DNA of 64,000 nucleotides from an uncultured Acidobacteriota bacterium (lineage in GTDB: Bacteria; Acidobacteriota; Vicinamibacteria; Vicinamibacterales; Fen-181), in assembly GCA_963701315.1 (NCBI GenBank), contig OY969603.1:5911320-5975319 (forward strand), in the 5' to 3' direction. Below, in pieces: positions 9,309 through 17,798 of this stretch (position 1 is the stretch's first letter; each line of letters starts with the position of its first letter). A model generated the notes under the pieces. That model was not told the DNA's origin, did no database searches, and was given only the letters and a program-made list of their open reading frames with translations. A program made the translations under genes and the position numbers.

Positions 9309-9569
9309 GGCGCCGATAGGATCCAGGCCGTTCGCCTCTCCCGGCGACAGTAGCCCTCGGCCGCCGAATGGCCACGTGGGGCGCCCGCTGCCGAGTTCGG
9401 CAGGTCACCCTGCACAGGGCCTCGAGGTCACCCGAGACGTGCCCGTACCCCCAGGCTACCCTTCACCGTCACCACTACGCCGTCCGTATCGGGCCTGTCA
9501 GTCACCGTGGTGCGCAGCCGTACCGTGGTAGTCGAACGGTTCGGGCACCCTCTCCGGCCTGTAGCCCAC
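9309..9569 (+). pseudogene. decayed partial duplicate of the 8471-9138 region (remnant of the Tat-signal protein gene)
   Basis: 9309-9377 resembles 8471-8535 (roughly 70 percent identity by eye). 9462-9569 resembles 8987-9138, with an internal deletion and a frame change. The remnant still reads FTVTTTPSVSGLSVTVV versus FTVTTTPPVSGLSVAVV in the intact copy. Confidence 0.45.
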
Positions 9570-9603
9570 GATAGGAGCCGCTCGGGCTCGTCGAGCGGTC
9601 GTT

Positions 9604-12057
9604 TCACTCCTGCCGCAGCGCGACAATCGGGTCGACCCGCGACGCGCGCCACGCCGGCTGGAGCGTGGCTGCCAGCGACGTCACCACCACGATGCCCGCT
9701 GCGAGCACCAGGCTGGTGGGATCCCAGGCCGAGACGCCGTAGAGCTCTTGCTGGACGAGCCGGTGCCCGCCGTAGGCGAGCGCGGCGCCAAGCGCCAGAC
9801 CAATTGCCACAAGCGCGAGCGACTCCCGGACCACCTGGCGGCCAAGCGCTCCGCCGGTTGCGCCGAGCGCGATGCGAATGCCGAACTCCCGCGTGCGGTA
9901 CCCCACCGCGAACAGCGTCACACCGAACAGCCCTGCGGCGGCCAGCACGAGCCCCAGGCCCGCCAAGCCTCCGGCCAGCGTCGCGGTCAGTGTCTCCGAG
10001 CGCCGGGCCGTTCCCATGTGCTCCCGCATCGTCAGGATCTCGAACGGCACGTAGGCATGGTCAGAGGTCGTCAGCCGCTTCCGCACGGCGGCGATCATGT
10101 CCGCAGGGTCGACGGCGGTCTCGACAAGAAACGTGACGTCGGCGGCCGGACGTCGCTGCGCGAATGGCAGGTAGAGGTACGGTTCGATGGTCTCCTTCAG
10201 ATAATTCGTCGGGCCGTCCTCGACGATGCCGACCACCTGGCGGTCCTCGCCCGCCGCGTGCACCCAGGTGCCAAGCGGTTCGCCCAGGCGTCCGTAGAAG
10301 CGCCGGACGAACGCCTCGTTGACCATCAGGACCTTGGCCGCCTCTGGCCCGTCCCCATCCGTAAATGGCCGTCCGCGGACCACTCGCGCGCCGGTCGCGG
10401 CGAAGTACGCAGGGCTCACCTGGTTGAAGCGGAACGTCAGCGCCGTCGCACCCGGCATGTCCACGGGGATCTCGGCGCCGCCACCCGATCCGCTGAGGAG
10501 TGCGCGACGGGCGAAGGCGACGCGCCTGACACCGGGGAGCGCCGACAACGACTGCGCGAGCGGGGCCGACCGCTCGGAGGCCCGGCCGCCCGAATCCCAC
10601 GACCCGTTGACGATGACGAGCGACCGATCCGGGTCCATTGCCGGGCGGATCGTGCTCACGTTCTGCAGGCTCTGCCACAGCAGCCCGGCCACGCAGACAA
10701 TGCCGGTCACAAAGGCAATCTGCGCCACCACCAGGACGGCGAGCCACCGCGACCTGCGGGTGCTGGCGCGGGCCAGCACGTTCGGCGACGCCGCCACCTT
10801 TGAGGCTTCGCGCACCGGTAGGAGGGTACCCACCAGCGTGACGAGCACCATCGCCGCCAGCGCGAACGCGAAGGTGCGCAGGTCGAACCGGATGTGGAGA
10901 TCGACGAAGCGCTCACCGGCAAAGAGCATCACCGGGGCGGCATCAATCAGCCACCAAGCTACCAGACACGCGAACCCGGTCCCGACCCCGCTCAGAAGCA
11001 GCATCTCGCTGACGTGCTGACGCCAGAGTGCGACCCGGCTGGCACCCAGGGCGGTGCGGATGGAGATCTCGCCCTTGCGCTCCTCGGTTTGCGCCAGCCG
11101 CATGTTGGCGACGTTGGCGGCGGCGACCAGCAGCACCAGCAGCACGATGGCGGCGAACAGCGCGGATCCGGCGGCGGTTCGGGGGTCGTCGGTCTCGTCG
11201 AGCCGCCCCACCCACGCCGTCCGCCCGGGCTCCGGCGCAGCGCCGTCCCGGTCGATTCGCCGCAGCACCGCCTCGATATCCTGCCGCACCCGCGCGAGTG
11301 TGGCTGCGGGCTTCAGTCGGCCCAGCAACTCGAAGTCCTTGTTTCGCCGGTCGCGCAGCGACTGGAGGCCGAATCCGCCGAACGCTGTCTGCATCGGGAC
11401 GAACAGGTCTACCGCCAGCCCACGGTTGGCTCCCGAGAAGCCCGCGGGCAGGACGCCAACCACCTGGACGTCGACATCGTTGACGCGTAGGCGGCGGCCG
11501 ACGACTGAGGGATCACCCCCGAGCGTCTGCTGCCAGAAGCGCCGGCTGATGACGATCTCGGCGTCCCGTCCCGCCCCGCGGTGAAAGACCGCACCGGGCG
11601 ACGCCGCGACCCCCAGTGCGTCGAAGTAGTTGTCGGAGACGTACACGATGATCGGGACCTCAGTGCGGTCCTCGAGGCGCACGGTTGCCACGTGCCGGGT
11701 CTGGGCTATGACATCGGAGAGAGCGGGTACGCCTCGCCCAATCGCCTCGAACTCGGTCCAGGTGAGGTTGCTGAGCCGCTGCTGACGGCCCTTGGCCAGG
11801 ATGGTGATCAGTTGGGCGGGTTCGCGGACCGGCAGCGCCCGCCACAGGGCGGCGTCGAGCACACTGAAGATGCCGGCGGACACGCCGATCGTCAGGGCCA
11901 ACGACACCACGATCAGCGTCGTGGCGCCGGGATGGCGTCTGGCCGACCGAACCGCGAGTACAACGTCGAAGGGCAGCGTCGACATGACCGGTCGAACCGT
12001 GCACGAAAGGTGCCACCACGCTCGAGCTCGTTTCCGCCTGAAGAGAGCCCGATCCAT
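9604..12057 (-). CDS. ADOP-family duplicated FtsX/MacB-like ABC permease (no cognate ATPase nearby)
   Basis: 817-aa ORF with two FtsX-type 4-TM modules, each with a large periplasmic domain. The N-terminus (DVVLAVRSARRHPGATTLIVVSLALTIGVSAGIFSVLDAALWRALPVREP) and the C-terminal RASRVDPIVALRQE are typical of the family. The true start may be the internal ATG at 11985 (MSTLPFD). Confidence 0.8.
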   Translation of the reverse strand: MDRALFRRKRARAWWHLSCTVRPVMSTLPFDVVLAVRSARRHPGATTLIVVSLALTIGVSAGIFSVLDAALWRALPVREPAQLITILAKGRQQRLSNLTWTEFEAIGRGVPALSDVIAQTRHVATVRLEDRTEVPIIVYVSDNYFDALGVAASPGAVFHRGAGRDAEIVISRRFWQQTLGGDPSVVGRRLRVNDVDVQVVGVLPAGFSGANRGLAVDLFVPMQTAFGGFGLQSLRDRRNKDFELLGRLKPAATLARVRQDIEAVLRRIDRDGAAPEPGRTAWVGRLDETDDPRTAAGSALFAAIVLLVLLVAAANVANMRLAQTEERKGEISIRTALGASRVALWRQHVSEMLLLSGVGTGFACLVAWWLIDAAPVMLFAGERFVDLHIRFDLRTFAFALAAMVLVTLVGTLLPVREASKVAASPNVLARASTRRSRWLAVLVVAQIAFVTGIVCVAGLLWQSLQNVSTIRPAMDPDRSLVIVNGSWDSGGRASERSAPLAQSLSALPGVRRVAFARRALLSGSGGGAEIPVDMPGATALTFRFNQVSPAYFAATGARVVRGRPFTDGDGPEAAKVLMVNEAFVRRFYGRLGEPLGTWVHAAGEDRQVVGIVEDGPTNYLKETIEPYLYLPFAQRRPAADVTFLVETAVDPADMIAAVRKRLTTSDHAYVPFEILTMREHMGTARRSETLTATLAGGLAGLGLVLAAAGLFGVTLFAVGYRTREFGIRIALGATGGALGRQVVRESLALVAIGLALGAALAYGGHRLVQQELYGVSAWDPTSLVLAAGIVVVTSLAATLQPAWRASRVDPIVALRQE

Positions 12058-12216
12058 CCGATCCTGGGGGCCTGGAGGGCAGCGGATGTTCGTTCGTGGG
12101 ACGCCGCCTGGTCGGCTGGGCAGAAGCGGGAGACCAACAAAACGGCCAGGGGCAGCGTCAGAGGAGCGCCCGTCGGCCCGGCAAAGCCGTGTCCCCGGGG
12201 TCCCCTCGCGCCGACA

Positions 12217-14709
12217 CTAGGTCGGCGGCCGGCGCGACACGATCACCGCCGCCACGGCGTAGAGCGAGACTCCCGCGATGATCGTTGCAGAGAACCCGAA
12301 GGTCATCGCCACCAGGACCGCCAGCCCGGATCCCAGCACGGACAGGGCGCCGTTGATGCCCCAGGCCCACGGCACGAGCGCGGCTTGGCGCGCGGCCAGC
12401 AAGCGCACGCCGCTCGGCAGTGGGATTCCCATCAGGACGCCGGCCGGCAGGAGCAGCGTCGCTGCCAACGGCAGGCGGGCGTCGAGCGGCCAGCCGACGG
12501 CGGCGCTGACGACAGAAGGCAGGAGGAACGCCATCAGGAACCCGGCAACCACGATGAGGACTAGGGCCGCGGTGAGCCTCGACCGGAGCGCCGGTTCGCC
12601 AATCCGGCGACTCAAATAGCTGCCGGCGCCGGTGCCCAGAAGCAGCGAGAACAGCGTCACCGTGAGCGAGTAGACCGGGTGGCCGAGCAGCAGCACGAAG
12701 CGCTGCAGGAGGGCGATTTCGACCATCATGTAGCCCGCGCCGAGGCAGCCGAAGTAGCTCAGCCAGCGCAGCCAGCCCGGGGCGAGCGCTCCACGCCCGA
12801 CCACGAGGAGCGGGATGACGACGAAGAGGGCCACCAGGAGTGCCGAGAGCCCGATGACGACGATCAAGGCCGTCAGGCCACCTGTCGCGAACCCCTCGGG
12901 CAGTGCGTGCTTCCAGGGCTCCGTCCAGCCCAAGACATGCCGCCGCACCCAGGCGACATAGGTCTGATGGTCGAGGCGCGTCGTGTGGAAGAAGAATGGG
13001 CGGTCGTCAGTCGTCGGGGTGATGTCGAGGGGGTACGACTGGTAGAAGGCGTGCGGGTCTGGGGCGGCAATCAGCCGGAGGTAGTCTCCGACCCCGTTGG
13101 CGTCCAAGTCGGCAAATGCCGCGCTACCCTCGACAGGCTCGCGCCCAGCTAGGTAGACGATGCGAAACCCGAACTGGTCGGCGACGTGTGCCAGCCGGCT
13201 CGTCTCCTCGGGGGTGAACGGCCGCCGTTTCAGGATGAAGTTGACGATGTTGTCGTGCTCGATGAGCGCCAGCCGATCGGCGGCACGCCATCCGTGGCGC
13301 GCACACGCCTCCTGCGCCAGCGACACGAGGCGCAGGCCGTCGAACCGCCATCGCGTGATCGTCAGGAGCCCGTTGTCGGTCAGGTGATCGAGAAAATCAT
13401 CGAAGGCCTCGACCGTGTACAGCATGTTCTCGGTCAGCGCGTAGGCGCCAGCCGAGGTGGCTGCCCAGGTGTCGACGAGCGAGGCCTGGATGACGTCGTA
13501 CCGCACGGCCGTCCGCCGGACGTAGGACCGGCCGTCCTCGATGTGGAGCGTGACGCGCGGGTTGGCGTAGACGCCACCCGAGTACCCGCGAAACGCGCGA
13601 AGCATGACGTCGTTCACGATGATCGGGTTGATCTCCACGCCGTCCACGTGAGAGGCACCAAACAGCAGCGCCGAGCAGAGGTCGCGACCACCACCGGGGC
13701 CGACCACCAGCGTCGTGAACCGCTTCTGGGAGGGGCGATCGGTGCCCGCGCCCGCGGGGCTGCCCTTGAGGTAGAAGGCGAGGGCGGTAAGGTCGTAGGC
13801 CAGATACGAAGCGCCCGAGAGGTCGGGCCCGACGTTGAGGATCGGCGTCGACGCCGCCGAATCGATGTCCATGTAGCGCGACGCAGGCAACGGGCCACGG
13901 TAGGCCGTGCTCAGCGACCAATCGTGATGCCCGCGGTCGTAGACAGCGACGCGCGAGAACGAATTCCACTTCTCGAACAGCACGGTGTCGCCGACGTGGC
14001 CCTTGGTGAACGAGAGCGCCGAGAGCGAGTGTCCGGAGACCGAGAGGGCCAGCGGGACGACGACCACCGCCGCCAGGACACCGGCCGCGGTGCGGCGGAG
14101 ACCCGGAGGCGCCAACAGCAGACCGGCGGCCGCGCCGAACCCCGCCGCGACAACGACCGCTGCTGGCGCACCCACGACGTCGAGCAACGGCAGCAGCACC
14201 AGGCAGCCGCCAGCCGCGCCCACCAAGTCGGCGGCGTACACGGCCGTGACGTGCCGCGACCCGCGGGCGATGGCGAGGGTGATCACGCTCCCGCCGGTGA
14301 AGAACGGGCACGTGGCGAGGGCGTAGAGAGCCAGCATGCGGGCGATGTTGGCCGCCGAGTAGTTGAGGCCGACGTGGAACCGGACCAGGACCGCCAGGCT
14401 GGCGAGCGTCACGACCGCAAACGCCTGGGCGTGAGCGGCCAGCAGCACCGGTGTGGCAAACCGGTCGAGCCACGGGCGCGCCACGTAGGTGTAGACCCCG
14501 CTGGCGCTCAGTCCGAGCAGCGCAACCGAAATGGCCAGGAACGCGAAGTGGTAGTACATCGTGACCGAGAAGATGCGCGTCAGCGCGAGCTCGGTCACCA
14601 ACAACGCCGCCGAGGTCAAGCCAATGGCCGCCAACTGGGGCCACGCGGGGCGGCTGAGGGCTGGAGATGAAGGCGGAGCAGGCGAGACGGAGCGTTCCGA
14701 CCGTGGCAT
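12217..14709 (-). CDS. membrane-fused spermidine/spermine-synthase-like (class I SAM-fold) protein
   Basis: 830 aa. About seven N-terminal TM segments, then a central aminopropyl/methyltransferase-like domain (VVGPGGGRDLCSALLFGASHVDGVEINP...IQASLVDTWAATSAGAYALTEN), then about eight C-terminal TM segments. Confidence 0.7.
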   Translation of the reverse strand: MPRSERSVSPAPPSSPALSRPAWPQLAAIGLTSAALLVTELALTRIFSVTMYYHFAFLAISVALLGLSASGVYTYVARPWLDRFATPVLLAAHAQAFAVVTLASLAVLVRFHVGLNYSAANIARMLALYALATCPFFTGGSVITLAIARGSRHVTAVYAADLVGAAGGCLVLLPLLDVVGAPAAVVVAAGFGAAAGLLLAPPGLRRTAAGVLAAVVVVPLALSVSGHSLSALSFTKGHVGDTVLFEKWNSFSRVAVYDRGHHDWSLSTAYRGPLPASRYMDIDSAASTPILNVGPDLSGASYLAYDLTALAFYLKGSPAGAGTDRPSQKRFTTLVVGPGGGRDLCSALLFGASHVDGVEINPIIVNDVMLRAFRGYSGGVYANPRVTLHIEDGRSYVRRTAVRYDVIQASLVDTWAATSAGAYALTENMLYTVEAFDDFLDHLTDNGLLTITRWRFDGLRLVSLAQEACARHGWRAADRLALIEHDNIVNFILKRRPFTPEETSRLAHVADQFGFRIVYLAGREPVEGSAAFADLDANGVGDYLRLIAAPDPHAFYQSYPLDITPTTDDRPFFFHTTRLDHQTYVAWVRRHVLGWTEPWKHALPEGFATGGLTALIVVIGLSALLVALFVVIPLLVVGRGALAPGWLRWLSYFGCLGAGYMMVEIALLQRFVLLLGHPVYSLTVTLFSLLLGTGAGSYLSRRIGEPALRSRLTAALVLIVVAGFLMAFLLPSVVSAAVGWPLDARLPLAATLLLPAGVLMGIPLPSGVRLLAARQAALVPWAWGINGALSVLGSGLAVLVAMTFGFSATIIAGVSLYAVAAVIVSRRPPT

Positions 14710-14981
14710 GGCCGACTATAGTACGTGTCCGCGGCCGCTGCTCGCAAGCGATCGCGCGCCATGCTCACTGTTCCGCGCCAACTTGCTCACGCGGCCCCGC
14801 CTGAGCCACCGCCGGCCCGGTTCCCGAGGCCGGCCCGATCCGACTCCGTGGATCGGGGCGCCGCGCGCAGGGCGACGGCGTCGCGGGACGCAGCAGTCGA
14901 CGGACGCCATCACTCGATGGCCGATGGAACAGCCTGAGGTAGAATCTGGACCTTCATGGGACCCCCTGGGGCCGGCACACC

Positions 14982-16164
14982 ATGACTCGCGTCCTCCCAC
15001 CGCTACTCCTCGGCGGCGCGTTGGTTCGCCCCAGCGACGCCGAGTTGGAGGCTCTCCACCGGCTGGCCGCCGATTGCGAGGACTGGGACGGCCTCGTCCG
15101 GCAGGCCGACGCGCACGGCCTGGCGCCCCTGCTGGCGCGCCATCTTGACGGTGCGCATGTCCAGCTTCCTCGCTCCGCCGCGCGCCTGCTGCGCGCGCTC
15201 CGGGTGATGCATCGTGACGCCAACGCGGCACGCCTGCAGGCGCTCGCCGACATCCTGCGACTGTTCGCGTCTGCGGACGTGGAGAGCGTCGTGCTGAAGG
15301 GCGCGGCCCTCGGGATTCTCGTCTACGGAGATCCCGCCCTTCGGCCGATGTGCGATCTCGACCTGCTCGTGCCGCGGTCCGACGTGCGCCGGGCCCAACT
15401 CCTGCTCGAGCACCACGGGTTTGAACCCTCGTGGACGGAACCGCACCGGAGGAAGTTCGGCGCACACCACCACCTGCCACCCCTCGTCCGTCACGTGGAC
15501 GGGGTCGCGGTCGAGGTCGAACTCCATCACAACGCCTTTCACCTCGATCAGCCCGCGTCGCTCGAGATCGTCCGGGACAACGGAGCGCCGGTGCTCGTTG
15601 GCGCTGACCGCGCTGCGCGGCATGCGGTTCGGACGCAGGACCACCTCGCTTTCACGGTCGACGGCGTGGATGCGCGGACCCTCGGGCCCACCGAGCTGCT
15701 CTGGCACCTGTCGCGAGGCGTGGTCGAACTCCGACAGCCGATGCAGCTGGTGCATGCCGTGGACGTCGTGGAAGTCGCCCGCCAGTACCGAGCAGGTCCT
15801 CGACTGGGACGCGCTGCCGCGATGCCATCCGTGTGTCCTCAGCACCCTGCGGCTCGTCAATCTCGTGCTGCCGTTGCCGGTCGACGTCGCTCGCCACCTG
15901 CCCGGACTCCGCGGCTCGAGACGTCCCGAGGGAATCGGTCAGGACTATACCGGTGCTCCCCTTCGCTCCTCCTGGACCGCCGAGAACGGCGGACTGTCGG
16001 GGTTGATCAAGGACACGCTGTTTCCACCGGAGTGGTGGCTGCGGATGTACTATGCCGAGGGCCTCGCGCCGGGCTGGCGCTGGCCACTGACGCTGCGCCA
16101 TCAGCTGGCCGTCGGCGGGGCCGGCCTACGGCACGCGGCTCGTCAGCTGCGTCGGCACCGGTGA
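14982..16164 (+). pseudogene. PF14907-like 'uncharacterised nucleotidyltransferase', one frameshift as assembled
   Basis: The N-terminal ~268 codons are in the frame of ORF 14982..16457 (KGAALGILVYGDPALRPMCDLDLLVPRSDVRRAQLLLEHHGF). The C-terminal part continues in the frame of ORF 15421..16164 (EQVLDWDALPRCHPCVLSTLRLVNLVL...FPPEWWLRMYYAEG). The +1 shift lies within CAGTACC at 15783-15789. Confidence 0.7.
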
Positions 16165-16196
16165 GGGATCACGACCGCTATCTGGACGGGCCGACC

Positions 16197-16457
16197 ATGA
16201 CCACTCGACCGCGCCGCGTGGCGGCGTACCGGCTGGAACAGCTCGAGAACGAGCTGCTCCTCTACCATCCCGGCCGCACGGTCACGCTCTACTGCAACGA
16301 CACGGCGGCACTCGTCTGGCAGCTGTGCGACGGGACGCTCACCTCGGATCAGATTGCCCAACTGCTCTCCGAGCAGTATCCGGAGGCCTCCGTTGCCGAG
16401 GACGTGCAGGCAACGCTGCGCGCCTTCGCACACCATGGCGCGATTGAGTTCATCTGA
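16197..16457 (+). CDS. PqqD-family protein (RiPP recognition element-like peptide chaperone)
   Basis: ATG at 16197 in the tail of ORF 14982..16457. The 86-aa product, MTTRPRRVAAYRLEQLENELLLYHPGRTVTLYCNDTAALVWQLCDGTLTSDQIAQLLSEQYPEASVAEDVQATLRAFAHHGAIEFI, matches the PqqD pattern. The pattern is a beta-strand, then 'LN.ta..iW.l.dG..t..ei', then a helical end. Confidence 0.75.
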   Translation: MTTRPRRVAAYRLEQLENELLLYHPGRTVTLYCNDTAALVWQLCDGTLTSDQIAQLLSEQYPEASVAEDVQATLRAFAHHGAIEFI

Positions 16458-17301
16458 GAGCGCCCGCGGCACGGCGTGCTTCACCTTCGCCGGCAGCACG
16501 GTCGTCGTGCAGGCGGTGGGCGCGCGGGCCTGCTCGATCCTCGACCTGCTCTTCGGCCGGGTCCCCACCGTCAAGTCGGCTGATGCCGCGGGCGACGACG
16601 CGATCGCCCTTCGCATCGTCGAGACGACGTCAGGCCTCGATGTGACCCGCGGCGCCGTGGCCATCTGCCGGGGTGGGGACGAGGGCGCGGCGGCGAGTCT
16701 CCTGCTCGGCGAGGTGATGTACGCCCTCGCCGACCGGTGCACGACAGGCGTCCTCTTCCACGCGGCCGCCGTCGCTCGGGACTGCCGGGCAATCCTGTTG
16801 CCCGGCCGCAGTCACAGCGGCAAGACGACGCTCGCCGCCTGGCTGGCGCCTCGGTGCGGATACGTCACGGATGAGATGGTGTTCATGCCGCTCGACGCGG
16901 GCGGCGTGCAGCCGTTCAGCCGGCCGCTCCAGCTCCGGCACGCGGCTCGCGAGGCGCTCGCGGCCGACACGGCGCTACTGGATCACCGGCGGTCGGTCTC
17001 CGGCAGCGATTTCGACCTCGTGGTCCTCCCCGACCTCTCGGTGCCGTCGGCCCGCCCGCTCGACCTGCAGGCCATCATCTTTCCGCGCTACAACGCCGCG
17101 TCGGCGGGGGAAGTGACGAAACTGTCCCAGGCGCAGACGGGCCTGGCGTTGATGGAGTGCGTGCTCAACGTTCGGAACCGGCCCGAGCAGATCTTCGCGG
17201 CCGTGGCGGCGGTCGCGCGCCGCGCGCCGGCCTATCGGATGACCTATTCGAGTCTCACCCAGGTGGAGCGGGACCTGAACGCGATCGTGGATGCGCTCTG
17301 A
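16435..17301 (+). CDS. HPr-kinase-related (HprK-like) P-loop kinase
   Basis: ATG at 16435 inside ORF 16354..17301, overlapping the PqqD gene end by 23 nt. It has the Walker-A-like AILLPGRSHSGKTTLAAWL followed by GYVTDEMVF, as in HprK C-terminal domain relatives found next to PqqD genes. Confidence 0.7.
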   Translation: MARLSSSESARGTACFTFAGSTVVVQAVGARACSILDLLFGRVPTVKSADAAGDDAIALRIVETTSGLDVTRGAVAICRGGDEGAAASLLLGEVMYALADRCTTGVLFHAAAVARDCRAILLPGRSHSGKTTLAAWLAPRCGYVTDEMVFMPLDAGGVQPFSRPLQLRHAAREALAADTALLDHRRSVSGSDFDLVVLPDLSVPSARPLDLQAIIFPRYNAASAGEVTKLSQAQTGLALMECVLNVRNRPEQIFAAVAAVARRAPAYRMTYSSLTQVERDLNAIVDAL

Positions 17302-17342
17302 CCACGGGGGCCCGAGGCCACGACCTGGCCGGCCAGCAGCCC

Positions 17343-17798
17343 CTACCGCGGCTGCGGAGTGGCTTCCAGGACGGCGGCCACGAGGTTGGCCGCGTCCCGA
17401 ACGATGCCCGGGCAGATCTCGCGGAAGACTCCTCGGTCACGCGCCGCCTGGAGACGCTCCGGCGTGTCGATTGGCCCGTGAATCAGCTCCCGGCACAGCA
17501 CCGACGGGTGTCGGGCCTCGAACTGCTCGATGAAGTCGTTGATCAGGCGGTAGGTGCGCTCCTTGTCGGCCTCGCCGGAGTTCGCGTGGCCGCGTGCCAG
17601 GCCCAGGACCATCAATGCCCCGGTCACCGCGCCGCACACCTCGCCTCTGCGGGCCATGCCGCCCCCGAAGGCCGACCCGAGCCGCATCGCCGTCTCCGCG
17701 GGAAGCCCGAAGTGGTCGCCAAACGCGCTGAACACGGCCTGCGAGCAGGAAAAGCCCTCGGCGAAGCGCTGCACGGCCACCGCGGATTCGTCCGTCAT
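17343..17798 (-). CDS. C_GCAxxG_C_C-family putative redox protein
   Basis: 151 aa with the family's spaced cysteines: FSCSQAV, CGAVTGA (C-G-A-x-x-G), CRELI and ICPGIV. Its start overlaps the stop of the upstream NHL-like gene (ATGA at 17795-17798). Confidence 0.8.
   Translation of the reverse strand: MTDESAVAVQRFAEGFSCSQAVFSAFGDHFGLPAETAMRLGSAFGGGMARRGEVCGAVTGALMVLGLARGHANSGEADKERTYRLINDFIEQFEARHPSVLCRELIHGPIDTPERLQAARDRGVFREICPGIVRDAANLVAAVLEATPQPR

Noticed and set aside
14725-14937. 70-aa ORF (internal ATG at 14761) upstream of the nucleotidyltransferase/PqqD/kinase cassette, considered as a possible precursor peptide.
   Set aside because: There is no Shine-Dalgarno sequence. Third-position GC is only intermediate for this genome. 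The composition is Arg/Ala/Pro-rich and junk-like. It does not end in Ser/Thr, as kinase-modified lasso precursors do. I cannot support it as a gene.
14956-14985. 9-codon upstream ORF (MGPPGAGTP) whose stop overlaps the ATG at 14982 (ATGA).
   Set aside because: It is too short to distinguish from chance in GC-rich sequence and has no ribosome-binding site. It is noted only as a possible coupling or leader element that needs ribosome profiling.
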